A DNA stretch of 62,709 nucleotides, counting the filler, from Diploschistes diacapsis (lineage: Eukaryota): NCBI GenBank assembly GCA_023645945.1. It is 12 parts of 12 records of this genome, joined end to end, with 100 filler letters (N's around TTAATTAATTAA, not from the genome) between each part and the next. Parts side by side here need not be neighbours in the genome. Positions count along the whole stretch, not along the records: positions 1 to 25,875 come from JALAIB010000196.1; positions 25,976 to 29,237 come from JALAIB010001966.1; positions 29,338 to 32,597 come from JALAIB010001967.1; positions 32,698 to 35,955 come from JALAIB010001968.1; 8 more parts are not named here. One strand, 5' to 3'. The notes under the pieces are model-generated. The model had not been told where the DNA came from. It made no database searches and saw only the letters and a program-made list of their open reading frames with translations. Below are positions 23,930 to 35,599 of this stretch, piece after piece. The number at the start of each line of letters is the position of its first letter. The first letter of the stretch is position 1. A program made the translations under genes and the position numbers.

Positions 23930-25312
23930 TCACCTAGCGCCCTCACACCGCTGAGCATCCTCGCACCCACAGCCCCAGCCCGCCAATTTGCGCCCCAGCG
24001 CCCCGTAGGCTTCTTCTACATGCTCTTGCGCCGTACTTTTCTCAGTTTCTGGGACTGTTTTGTCTTCGCCACCGGCACCGACGCCCCAGTTTTCAAGACT
24101 CTGCCTGAAAGAGTTACACCACGGAAAAATCTCCGCCGCCATATTCCTCTGCACGTCCTTTGTCCTCACGGATTGCATAGCACTGTCGCCACAGTCAACC
24201 CCCGGGCTCTCGACGAGGATCCAGGCCGAATCATCTCCAACCGCCTGTTGCTTCTTCTTCGAACCAGAGGCGTCCGGGACACTGGAAGGCCGGTTTGGCG
24301 GCAAACGCCTTACGCCCTGCAGCGAGTCCTCCGTCAGGAAATGATCCAGCACGAAATTTGACACCTTCTGCTTCAATCTATCCCGCGCCTCGTCCCCGAT
24401 CCCCAGCGCGCTATTGTTAGCGTCATAGATACTCCTTAGGATATCCAGGCCGTCGGCCCGAACAAAATTCGCCAGCTGCGTCCGGTCCTGGCAGAGCGCA
24501 GAGAGGAGGTAGACGAGGCGCGCAGTGAGGGCGGGGACTTGCTCGTGGATGAGAGCAAGCATGACGGTTTCCAAAAGGCCCGTTGGGCGCGAGTCATTGT
24601 AGAAATGTGATAGGGCGGCGGAGAGGGCGGCGGGGTTGTTCTGGATGGCGGTGCCGAGGAGGAGGGCGGCGGCGGACTTGAGCTGCGATGTGGCGGAAGT
24701 GCTGGAGAGCAAGGCGTCAAGCTTGGGGATTGCGGTGGCGTCTTTGGCGAGGTTCAGGCCCCAATAGATGTCGTGGGAGACGTCCTCGAGGTTTTCGAGG
24801 GCGGGGAGGAGGGCGATTTCGTCGGCGTTGCTGGGGGTAGAAGAGGTGAGAGTTTGGAGGTTGGTGGTGAAGAGGGCGCCGTCGGGACTGTTTAGGGCTG
24901 GAGGGCGGATGTTGCCGTGGTCTTCGGCGGCGGGCTGGAGGAGCTGCTGGCTTTTGGGGTTTAGGTTTAGGAATGCGAAGCCCTCAGCTGGAGAAGCGAG
25001 AGGCTCAGCGACGGGTTTGGAGTCTTCGGGGACGATCTCGATAGCCTTTGATCCGGAGTCTTCCTCGCCGTCGTAGATTTTGGCTTCTTTTAATCCGGTT
25101 TCGAGGTTGAGTCTGATGTGAAGCCCAGGCGGAATCTCTTGGTCTTCATGAATAATTTGGAATTCTTCGGTAGGCTTGAACACCTTTGGATAGCAAGGGT
25201 ACTCAGACGGTAGTCCCGTATGGCATGCTTGCGCAGCCTTTATTTCGGGTTCAGTCGCGGAATAACCCAGAGGGGAAAGCAGAAAAAGGGGCAACAAGTT
25301 GTTGAGACGCAT
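23930..25312 (-). CDS. SIL1: ER Hsp70 (BiP) nucleotide exchange factor
   Basis: Signal peptide; CYPKVFKPTEEFQIIHEDQEIPPGLHIRLNLETGLKEAK; ARM-like core LEDVSHDIYWG and LLGTAIQNNP. Confidence 0.9.
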   Translation of the reverse strand: MRLNNLLPLFLLSPLGYSATEPEIKAAQACHTGLPSEYPCYPKVFKPTEEFQIIHEDQEIPPGLHIRLNLETGLKEAKIYDGEEDSGSKAIEIVPEDSKPVAEPLASPAEGFAFLNLNPKSQQLLQPAAEDHGNIRPPALNSPDGALFTTNLQTLTSSTPSNADEIALLPALENLEDVSHDIYWGLNLAKDATAIPKLDALLSSTSATSQLKSAAALLLGTAIQNNPAALSAALSHFYNDSRPTGLLETVMLALIHEQVPALTARLVYLLSALCQDRTQLANFVRADGLDILRSIYDANNSALGIGDEARDRLKQKVSNFVLDHFLTEDSLQGVRRLPPNRPSSVPDASGSKKKQQAVGDDSAWILVESPGVDCGDSAMQSVRTKDVQRNMAAEIFPWCNSFRQSLENWGVGAGGEDKTVPETEKSTAQEHVEEAYGALGRKLAGWGCGCEDAQRCEGAR

Positions 25313-25875
25313 TTTGTACGGCTCACGATAGAAAATAGAAAATTAGAGAAACCTGGCGCCCATAGGAATACAGAAAGTCGGTGCTTTGGTACTTAGAGTA
25401 AACAAAGATAGCAAAACGAAACACAGAATCTTAAGAATAATACTGCAGCCTGTTACATTCACGACTTTGACTGTATCTTCCTCATCATGTTGACCTGTCA
25501 TCTATATTCCGCTCTCATTGGGCGAATCTCAAAGCTTTGAATTATGTAATCAAATCATGCCAAGACCTTCAACCTCCCACCTCCATCATTAATCGCAACA
25601 GCACATCAGAGCAAGACCATTGTCCTGCAGATACACATTCACCATGCTTCAAACCCGGCGAGCAGGCTTCCGCGCCATCCAGTGCTTTCGCACTCGAGCC
25701 CAACGCCGCTCCGAAAGCTCCCACAGTTCCTCCTCCAGCTCCGGCTCACACAGCAACGTTCACGACGCGCACCACGCCAGCCCCGTAAACGAGCACTTTG
25801 GCGTACGCCCATCTCTCCCCTTTTCCCTTCTCATCATTCTTCCATTGTCACTCCCCATTCCGATCACCCTCCCCC

Positions 25876-25975
25876 NNNNNNNNNNNNNNNNNNNNNNNNN
25901 NNNNNNNNNNNNNNNNNNNTTAATTAATTAANNNNNNNNNNNNNNNNNNNNNNNNNNNNNNNNNNNNNNNNNNNN
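25876..25975. other. Artificial contig linker
   Basis: 44 N + TTAATTAATTAA (stops in all six frames) + 44 N. Confidence 0.98.
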
Positions 25976-26537
25976 CCCCACATCCGGGTTAAATTCCACC
26001 AGAACTTGGCCTAATGATAGTAGATACCTCGAAGCCAAAATAGAAAATAGACACAAAGGTAGAGTATGTACATGAAAGGGTAGCGAATCTCGGATATTGG
26101 ATACAAGTATGGCCATCCCCCCATACGCCCTGATCAATGTCCCCGGCTCCGGTCCCAAACCCGAGCGCCATGGGCTTGAGGTGATGAGGAGATTGTGAGT
26201 GAAGCCCGATGTGATGCTTGTGATGAATTCGGTGGTGATGGGGAGCGTGGCCTGGAGTTGCTCGAAGCTTGAAAAGTGGAGGTAGAGGGAGAGGGATGGG
26301 GAGGAGCGGGTGGTAAAGACGAGACGTGGTCGGGTTGAGACAGCCGTACGTGAGAGATGACGATAGGGTTGAGCGGCTTGCGTGACCCTTTTTGGGACAG
26401 ATCTGCTGTCCGTTTGAGACACAGACTGGGTCGTGTAACCGGCTAGAAATCCGGTTTCGGTCCCCTAACAGCTCGCCATCGTTCAGGGTAGGGCGTACGG
26501 TATTCGAATCGTTGATCCGGTTGATCCGACAAGGACG

Positions 26538-28132
26538 TCACCAAACGTTCCTGTGATACTCCAGATACTTCGCCTCCAGCCTCTTCTTCTGGTTGTCCTT
26601 TGTGCACACCCTCTCGTTCGCGTACAGCCGATACCTCTCCAGCAGGTCCGTCTTCTCGAGCTCCGGTTGGGTGCCGAAGCTAAAGTGCCCCACAATAGAA
26701 TGCGTGTCGACGATGCACGGCCTCTTCAGCGCCTTCGGAATCGTCACCGTCAGCGCGTCCTCGTCGTCCGCGGCAACGCCCATCATCTTGACGCTGCTGC
26801 CCCAGATGGCCAGGAAGTTCAAGTTGTAGCGGGTGTACTGCATGTTCCAGATGCCGTCCTGGTTGCCAGCCCAATACTTGCCGAAGTCTTCCTTTTCCAT
26901 ATTATCTAGCAGGCTGTAGTGTTGCTGCGCGCCGAGCGTCCACTCCGTCCAGCCCTTGCCCCAGGGACTGTAATCCTTTCCGGAGGCGATGGGAGTGAGC
27001 ATAAGGTTTTCAGAGGTTCTCTCCATGGGGAGCCAGCGGTGGCCTTCGGAGGGTGGGCCGCCGGGCATGCCGACTTGAAAGGGGCCGGATTCGGGTTTGT
27101 TGGGGAACTCCCATGTCGAGTTCGGTTGACCTTCGTAGCGGGGGAGATCCGAGGCTCTCCATGATGTAAGTTCTGGGCGAGAGGCGTTGGACGTTTCTGG
27201 AAGGTACGGGAGGACGGCTTCGGTATGGTAATGGAGCCAGTGGGTCAGTGGCGAGTTGACGATGTTGGCGGCAACATCGTGGGCTTCGGGATGAGCCATT
27301 AGGGTGTGTACGATGCGGGGAACGGCATCATCGTGGATAAAGACCTGGCCTGAGTGTCAGCGACGGTCTCCGAAATCTTCTTTGCAGAACACGCACAATG
27401 TCGTCGTCAATCTTGATATACATGGTGTTCTCGTCGGTTGCATGCCTGTTCCAGATGTTGTCGAAGTGGCCGCCCTTCGATTCAGTAACGACCTTCTTGT
27501 ACAGAGGTTCGGTCGCGATGAGCTCGTCCATCCACTTGATATCTTCCTCCCACTTGGTGTTGACCATGACAATGATTTCGTCGAGATAGCCGCCATTCGA
27601 AACGAGGTTCTTCCTCAAGTAGCAGTCGAGTATGTTAACGAACCTTGGCCGGCCGTCTACGTTATGGTCAGTAACTGCTTTGCGACGGCCACGCTTTCCA
27701 CAGGGCATTCGACTTACAAAATAGCAGTCCCACGATTTTGAAACCTGTGGGCTTTGCCAACTGTTGTGGAGCCTTGTTGTCCCCTATTGTCACCGAACTC
27801 GTTTTCCCGTTTCGGTAGTTCTCGGCTCTGTAAGGACTTGATGCACTCCAATCAAGCGGATGACCTCGCGTAGGGGTCCAAAGCAAATAAACAAAGAATC
27901 CTACGACGAGGGCAGCTGTGATAGAGAAGAGAAGTCGCAGTTGCCGTGTATTGAGCGACTTGAAAAACCCAAAGCGTCTGGGACCATTCCTCTTCCCCAT
28001 GCCGTAGGAGAAGTCGGAGCCAGAGCTCCTACTTGAATTTGGTTTCTGCTGATTGGACTCGAATTCGTCAAAGTCGGTGTCGCTACTCTGGGACATGAGC
28101 TGGCGACTTTCTTCTACGCGAAGACCAGCCAT
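26538..28132 (-). CDS. Type II membrane protein, putative GT-A-fold glycosyltransferase-like (3 exons)
   Basis: Cytosolic N-tail, one TM helix (LLFSITAALVVGFFVYLLW), spliced IVGLLF.GRPRFVNILDCYLRKNL, YIKIDDDIVFIHDDA (DxD), AANIVNSP and HFSFGTQ; two GT-AG introns. Confidence 0.75.
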
Positions 28133-28555
28133 TGAGGCTGCCCCCAAAGAAGAAAAAAATGGGGCTCGAGGGTGTAGGTTTTGAAGGGTTTGCAGGTAGC
28201 CTGGTCGTTAGTGACTCCCGCAGTTTGCTAGTTGGCGAGTGTCACGTTGTTAGCGAGAAATGAGTGGAAAACCAGTAAGATGGAGGCTCAAATGGAAGGT
28301 TTGTTGTAGTTAGACAGGCTCGATCATGAATGGCGATGGGAAAAGTGAAGATTTGACAAGCTGCAAGGAAATATGGGATAAATGAGACAAGGCGAGTTCG
28401 TCTCTACCTATACGAGGAGCAGGAAAGCACTTTCTTTTCCTGGGGCTGAGTTCAGTCAGCGTCCCTGGAAATTATGTCCGTTCAAACTTTGTTGTGTGGC
28501 TAATTGCCGAAAACCCAGGCTGAGGCTGAGGTTTTGGCAATCGTACAGTGTTACT

Positions 28556-28607
28556 TGTACTGTACTGTACTGTACTGTACTGTACTGTATTGGATTGTAC
28601 TGTACTG
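28556..28607. repeat. (TGTAC)n pentanucleotide microsatellite
   Basis: tgtactgtactgtactgtac... with one interruption. Confidence 0.9.
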
Positions 28608-29237
28608 AACGATACCCTTTCTTTCACTCATCTCATGCTAATAACGTTTGCTATTTCTCTGCGCAATCTGAAATATTTACCTGTCAAAACTTTGCCCGTT
28701 ACTTGCTATTGAACCTGGTTCTTGGCACCGCATCTGAGGCAGAGGCTGGGACTCAGCTGGACCAACTGGCAGCAGCACTAGTAACTTGTACGTTGTTATA
28801 CGTTGTTGTTGTACATAATCACCTACCTCTCTATCTATGTTCCTACAGGTCAGACCCAGTGCCGCCCCCCCCTCGCTGTGCTTTTTTAAATTGCGATAAG
28901 TCAGCCCGCGTGGGGAAAGCCACCACCACACACATACACACAACGCGAGAAGCGAACAGGGGCCAGCTGCCCACCCGGGGCAGATATGCCAAAAAAGGGG
29001 TTGCCCCGGGGGGCCAGCCAAACCTTAAAAGGACGTACTGGGGACCTTCGAAAAAACCCCCATCTTCCATTTCTTCATATAATTTCATTCATGGCCATAA
29101 GTCAAACGGCCCCCCACCTTGACCAAGTTTCTCCAACCCGCTCTCTTCGCTCCGTGGTGGTCCCTCTCACCACTTAAATAAAGTCCAGACTCACCTTCCA
29201 GAAAATGAAAAAACCCCCCAAAAAAACCCTCCCCAAG

Positions 29238-29337
29238 NNNNNNNNNNNNNNNNNNNNNNNNNNNNNNNNNNNNNNNNNNNNTTAATTAATTAANNNNNNN
29301 NNNNNNNNNNNNNNNNNNNNNNNNNNNNNNNNNNNNN
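29238..29337. other. Artificial contig linker
   Basis: N44-TTAATTAATTAA-N44. Confidence 0.98.
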
Positions 29338-29774
29338 TGGAAGGGGTGGGGAACGGGAGCGGAAGGGCGAGGTTAGGGTGCTGTACGGCGGCAGTGCGGG
29401 CCCCGGAACTTGGGAGGGACTGAGGGGCGTCTGTGATGGCTTGTTTCTGGGGAGGTTCGCGCATGATGTTGGGAATGTGAGGGTCGTGGTGGAGGAGATG
29501 CTTGGGCAGGGGAAGTGAGAGCGGGGATGGAGTCCGGGAGGTCGAATCGTCGAGAGGGAAATGTACAGAGGTGCCAATGAGGCGCCCTTTGGAGAAAGGC
29601 ACAATCTGTGAGCAAGCTCTTCCATGGAGGGGGGGTTGTCTTGTGAGCGCTGTCGATACGGCACTCCAAAGGAGATGTTCTAAGTATGTACAACAGGCGA
29701 ACAAAACACAACGAACCCAGCACCAATCCGCTCGTGGCAGACCGTACAACCCCTCCTACACCCCCTGCCCAATC

Positions 29775-30263
29775 TCACTCCCCCTCCACCATCCTCCGCT
29801 CATGCTCCAATATCACATCCACCTTCTCCTTACTCGCGCTCTCCGGATCGAACCTGACCCCCACCCACTCCCCCACCAACTTCTTCGCCAGCTCCAACCC
29901 GACCACCCTCTCCCCCATGCACAGCACCTGCGCATTATTACTCGTCACGCTCTTCTCCACACTATAGCTATCGTGCGCCGTCACCGCTCTGACGCCCTCG
30001 ACCTTGTTCGCGCTGATCGCCACACCAAGCCCCGTGCCGCAGACCAGCAGGGCACGGTCGACTGTGCCCTCTTTGATCAGCTTGGCGGCGTGGACGGCGA
30101 CGTGCGGGTAGGCGGTCGAGTCCGAGTGCGAGTTGACGCCGACGTCGGTTACGGAGAAGACTTGGGGGAGCGAGGAGAGGTGCGCGGAGAGGGCGGTCTT
30201 GTAGCTGTGCCCGGCGCTGTCGGAGCCGATGGCGTAGCGGAGCGGCTGCGGTTCTGAGGGCAT
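29775..30263 (-). CDS. RpiB/LacAB family sugar-phosphate isomerase
   Basis: [29 protein letters not shown] and [14 protein letters not shown]; 162 aa, intronless. Confidence 0.92.
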   Translation of the reverse strand: MPSEPQPLRYAIGSDSAGHSYKTALSAHLSSLPQVFSVTDVGVNSHSDSTAYPHVAVHAAKLIKEGTVDRALLVCGTGLGVAISANKVEGVRAVTAHDSYSVEKSVTSNNAQVLCMGERVVGLELAKKLVGEWVGVRFDPESASKEKVDVILEHERRMVEGE

Positions 30264-31028
30264 TGCGTCTTTTTTTTTAAGATACGTAGAGACTTGCAGA
30301 AGAATTGGTCTTCGAGTGGCGAGGGTTCGAGATGCTTACGGAAGGATGTCGAGTCTTAGATTTGATAGCACTGGGTGGGAGTTGGAGTGGCTCAGATGTG
30401 GTAATAGATTATGTTATGAAGGCGATGGCATAGGGGAGACAACACGTCAAGGAAACGAATTGTCTGTAGGATATCCTCACCCGTATAATGTTACACCGTC
30501 TCCATCTCGATGTTGCCTTCACTTATTGCGGCTATCAGCGCAAGATAGAATGGACTCCTCCTTGCGTTGGATCATCTTGCGTCATTGCAGTTTGCCACTT
30601 CTAGTACAGTATTTGGAAGTACCGTAGCGCACGGGCAGCTTTTTGCGACTCTCCTTTTGCAATCCCATGATCCATCATAAAAACTGATATGGGTTTCCAT
30701 AGTAATATTACATTTAGACACCAACATTGAAGGCGCGATGAGCGAGTGTCAGCTTCACTTGCGCCTCATCTCATAAGGCTGAGGATATTTCAAATCAAGC
30801 AGAGGGCAAGTGCCGTGGAATATTCTAGACAATCGACACTCACCCTCCTTACCACAGCGATGCGATTATAGCCAAATTTAACATCAGGATATTGAAAGTT
30901 CACTAAGAGTAGAAGACCTCCATGTTATAATGATTTGAAAGCTCGTTTTTGCTGCACCGGCGTTGCTCATCCTCTTTCGTTATCCCAGGCCAGTAATTAG
31001 AGGGAGATTGCATTAATACTCCTGCACA

Positions 31029-31941
31029 ATGGCGACCGCGCTCAACTTCAAGGAGCAGGGAAACAAAGAATTCCAGGCAGGAAACTTTGAACAGGCCGAA
31101 GCCCTCTATAGCAGAGCGTACGTGCAAGTTTCGCCGATCTGGCTACCAAATCTGACAAGGATATTAGCATCCAAAAGGACCCGACCAATCCGGCCTTCTT
31201 CACCAATCGAGCCTTCGCGCGCATCAAGCTAGAATCGTGGGAGCCCTGTCTAGAAGATTGTCTGAAAGCCATTGAGCTGCAGCCACGGATTATGAAAGGC
31301 TTCTACTACTTGGCCGAAGCGCAGCTTCAGATGAAGCACCCCAACGAGGCTGTCAACTCTGCAGTCACCGCGTATGAAATATGCGTGGAAACTGGCAATT
31401 CAAGCACTGCGAATGCTGTGCAGCTCGTCCTACGAGCAAAGAAAGCCAAATGGGAAGCCAAGGAGCGTCAGCGCTTAAGGCAGCGAAGCGAAATGCTGCG
31501 TGAGCTGGAGGACTCACTTAGGCAAGCTTGTGCTCGGGACTTGGAAGTCGCAACGGACTGTGAAGATAAAGACGAGATCAAAGCATCAACGAAAAGAAAG
31601 ATTGACGAACTCTACAGCATTTTTGCCATTACGGATCCAGCTAACATGGAGCGTAGGGTAAGCTATGCCAATCCTTGCCACCCGTGATATATGCCGATAA
31701 TGAGTAGGAAGTTCCGGATTATATGATTGATAGCATCACCTTTCAATTCATGCATGACCCGGTAATGACCAAGTCAGGCCAGTCCTATGAACGTTCGACT
31801 ATCGAGGCGCACCTCAAAATGTCGCCAACAGACCCTCTAACGCGTGAGCCACTGCACAGGCAAGAGCTCAGGCCGAATCTAGCCCTAAAGCAAGCCTGCA
31901 CGGATTTCCTGGTCGACCACGGATGGGCGGTTGACTGGTAA
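31029..31941 (+). CDS. TPR + U-box E3 ubiquitin ligase (CHIP/STUB1-like, 3 exons)
   Basis: TPR motifs FKEQGNKEF...LYSRA and FTNRAFARIKL; U-box VPDYMIDSITFQFMHDPVMTKSGQSYER...DPLTREPL...PNLALK; introns ~31118-31168 and ~31658-31707. Confidence 0.9.
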
Positions 31942-32129
31942 ACCGAGCCGTAGCTCCATGAAGGGCAAGTTCGGCGGTTGCAGCCTTCAGTCGCCAAGCA
32001 GACTATTGCTTATCTCAGGTATTTTAAACGTATGGGTTTAATGTTCCATCACCACATACGGCACACTTCACTGCATCATCAACAGCATCTCGACCAAGCA
32101 GACACCGCAGTGCCAGCAGCATAAAAAAC

Positions 32130-32597
32130 ATGTCTAAACTAGCATCTTCAACCGATGAGAACCGTCCACCACTCCAAGACACCACAAACGCCCGCTCCCG
32201 TCTTACTTCCTCAAACTCGGCGATCAGCAACCCCGATGCATTCTTCAACGCCATCATCTTTACCCCACCTCAACTCACATGCCTCACGTCAGAAGACACG
32301 ATCTACCACCGCACAATCTGCGACCCCATCGAACCAGACCCCCGCCTCCACCTCTCACCCTTCCCGACCTCGATCCACCACCCTACTACCCTCGACCCCA
32401 TCCTCGAGACCCATAGCACTCCCTCCATCCCCTCCCACTCCAACCTCAAACCCCAAAACGCACCACCCCTCCGTCACCGCCGCACCCTCAGCCTCAACGA
32501 CCTCCGCCGCCTCTTCTCCCTACGCGGCCACAAGCCACGCTTCTTCACCACCCCCTCCTCTTCCTCCACCGACCACACCTATCCCTGCTGCATCCCC
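32130..32597 (+). CDS. Hypothetical protein, 3'-truncated by the contig end
   Basis: ATG in aaaacATG context and open frame up to the linker. Confidence 0.45.
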
Positions 32598-32697
32598 NNN
32601 NNNNNNNNNNNNNNNNNNNNNNNNNNNNNNNNNNNNNNNNNTTAATTAATTAANNNNNNNNNNNNNNNNNNNNNNNNNNNNNNNNNNNNNNNNNNNN
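32598..32697. other. Artificial contig linker
   Basis: N44-TTAATTAATTAA-N44. Confidence 0.98.
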
Positions 32698-33730
32698 CTC
32701 CATGGCTATCCCCCCCCCAAATCTCCAACGCCAAACCCGAGGAGTCCATCAGCGATCTCACGGATCCACACTCAGCCCAATGAGCCAGCACAACCAGATC
32801 GCCGCCGGTGCAAGCGTAGCAGAGTGGCGCACCACAGACGCCCACGAGCGCAACGCTCCTCCTAGCGAAGACCGGCGTCAATCTCATGAATTCGAGGTCG
32901 TGCATCAAAAGGGGTTAGAAAGAACTGCTACCCGGCCCAGAGCTCCTGCTCCGGGTCGAGCGGTCTCCCGACTACCCGAGCATCACGACGCCGACCGGCC
33001 CATCGCCCGGGGATGTTGATGCGAAGGGGTAATTTCTCTGATACTGCGTGGTGGCTGTGGACGTGCAGCAGCCATTTTCGCGCTACTGATACGTTCTGCG
33101 TTCGGAAGATCGTGAGTCTGAATCTTGGTTCTGGTTACGCACGATATGAGCTTGATACGGGTATTGCGGGATGGCTTTGGTTTGTAATGCGCTTGGTGTG
33201 GAAGGGGAGCCTGCGTTGTCTTCCTGATTAGTGAGCAGGAGATGGATGTCCGAGGGCGTTTGGGAATGAATTGATTGGATAAAGAAAAAGATTCTTGCAA
33301 GCTTGTATCATCGTAAGGTGATGAAGAGAAAGCATCGCTGGCCCTATTTGCATGTATTTGATTTCCAACTACCTTCATGCTGAACACCCTGCTGTTCTTA
33401 TTGCATTCTTGTTCCATTACAGTACAGCTTGGAGAGTGCTCCCTCGAATTAGGAAAAGAAGAGAATGTTAGGGTTAGAATAAGGGGCTGGCCGAAATGTG
33501 ATCTAATGTAGGGACGGCATTGGTGCTTTCCAAGAACCAATTATAAGATCACTGCACCTGGTAGATAACTCGACGACTTTGTATGCAATCCCAATCACTA
33601 TAAAATAATATCCTCCATCTTCCAGAAAGTTGCCATCCCTTAACCGTCCTTTACGTGTCAGCAACAGTAGATAACTAGGTCAGCCAACCCTGACTGTCGG
33701 TGACGATGATCATAACTAACAGCCACAGCC

Positions 33731-34882
33731 ATGGCACCAAGGCAACGTCTCTCCAAGTACAGGCCAACGCCCGGACGCCGCCGCCGAGATATTCCCCTTG
33801 CAAATCCTCCAAAGGGATGGCAGGAGTGGGACGATCCCCTACCCATCGAAGATGCCGGTGTTCATTTCCGTATGGCGGCTATCCACAATCCTTGGTTCCG
33901 TCTCTTTTACCTAGCCTCGGAGCTTCTACTCTTTAGTGCAAATACTGACCTGCTGCGCCGCGATGGGCGATACTACTTCGTTCTCGTGAATGAGATGATG
34001 GACATGACGATCGCTTGTATCGAAAAGCCGCGGACCTTGGCCTCTATTATAGAGGCGTTTGGAAAAGAAGATTGGGGTACTTACGATACGCACTGCCGGA
34101 TAATCGACTTGGACAAGATTATTAACCTTGAGTTTTCGTATCGGATGGCTTATGAATGTAGGGAATCTCGCGAGCAACTAGAAGATAGTGATGATGAGAT
34201 TGAGAACGAGCAAGTAGAAGGAAAGCAGAAGGAAGAGGAACGACTCGAAGAACAGCAGATTGAAGAGGAGCAGGCCGAAGAACCGCAGATTAGAACAGAG
34301 CAAGTCGACCGGCAACAGTACGGGTATTGGCAGGAACAGAACTGGCCCATACTCAGCCGGATAACCCCGAGCTGGCAATTTCCCGGCTTGCAGACACTGA
34401 GCCTACAGTCTCCGAGTATCGAAACAACAGATTGGCGGGCAAACAGCTGGCAGACAACAAGCTTACAGATTCCAAACTGGCAGTTTCCGGGCTCGCAGAT
34501 ACCGAATCTGCACATACCAAGCTTGCAGACGTTCAACATGCGGACGCCTAACTTGCAGATGACGAACTGGCAGACATCAAGCTTGCAGATATCAAGCTTG
34601 CAGACAGCAAATTGCCAAATACAGAACAGGCAAAGACATATTCCACTAACCTTGGACTGGAATGCAGGAAACTGGCAAGGAGAGAACTGGCAGAGACACC
34701 TTTGGCCCGGGACTAACCCGCAAGCATTGAGCTCGCGGGCACAGACTTTGCAAGCGAACGATTGGCCGGGACAGCAGCCGGGTAGTGGCTACATGCATGG
34801 AATCAGCTGGTCATGCTGTTGCGGGTACTCGCAAGGAATCAACTGGTCAGGACAACAGTGCTGTTGTGGGTACTTGCAATGA
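33731..34882 (+). CDS. Hypothetical protein with a 5-residue tandem-repeat region and Cys-rich tail
   Basis: 383-aa ORF, strong start context gccATGG, TATAAAA near 33599; 15-nt DNA repeat such as agcttgcagatatca. Confidence 0.75.
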   Translation: MAPRQRLSKYRPTPGRRRRDIPLANPPKGWQEWDDPLPIEDAGVHFRMAAIHNPWFRLFYLASELLLFSANTDLLRRDGRYYFVLVNEMMDMTIACIEKPRTLASIIEAFGKEDWGTYDTHCRIIDLDKIINLEFSYRMAYECRESREQLEDSDDEIENEQVEGKQKEEERLEEQQIEEEQAEEPQIRTEQVDRQQYGYWQEQNWPILSRITPSWQFPGLQTLSLQSPSIETTDWRANSWQTTSLQIPNWQFPGSQIPNLHIPSLQTFNMRTPNLQMTNWQTSSLQISSLQTANCQIQNRQRHIPLTLDWNAGNWQGENWQRHLWPGTNPQALSSRAQTLQANDWPGQQPGSGYMHGISWSCCCGYSQGINWSGQQCCCGYLQ

Positions 34883-35599
34883 GAATCCAGTTTTCCCCAG
34901 GCCATGCATCGACAAGGGTGGAACACGTAGGGCCCCCTGGAACAGGGCTGCAGCCCGCAAGAACATCTTCCAGGAGGAAACCGTGGACTGAGGAAGTCCT
35001 AGTGTACTCTGTGCAAGGCGTTTCCAGCCCAGCCAGAAGTTTGAGTAGTAAGCCACCAAGCAGCTGCCTCCGAGGGTATTAAAATTGATGCATCACCATG
35101 ATGGGTTGGATAAGATACACCCCAGTCTTGGACTTACGGAATGATATAAGGATCAAGGAATTTTTGCGCCTGGACTTCAGTCGGGAGTAGGCTCCCATGT
35201 TTATGGGATCAATCTGTTGTAGTATCAAAAATCAAGCTTGCTCCCACTCTCAACCTTCCAAGATATCCGGATTTGGGTGCATAATCATGCTCCCCATACG
35301 CAAAGCGCGCTGGTTGCTTTTAGCGCGGGCGGATTTGACTCCAGTACAATAGCGGCAGACCTGATGTTCATTGTCAGCGAAGGATACATAAACGAAAAGG
35401 TCTAAGAGTACCATGAAAATCCCTGGATTTTAATGCAACTGGCTGCTGTGAGACAGTTTGGAGATGGAAGATACTGGCCATCCGACACTGCTACACAGTT
35501 CTGTGGGCGGCTGGAATGAGGCAGTGCTCAGAAGCGAGGCGATTCAGGAGCACCACCTACTCCCCACCCCGTCCATACAAACCTCGTAGGGCTGACAAT

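Noticed and set aside
28860..29237. Homopolymer-rich stretch with G/C runs (possible G-quadruplex or structured RNA)
   Set aside because: Inflated homopolymers at a contig end look like low-quality sequence
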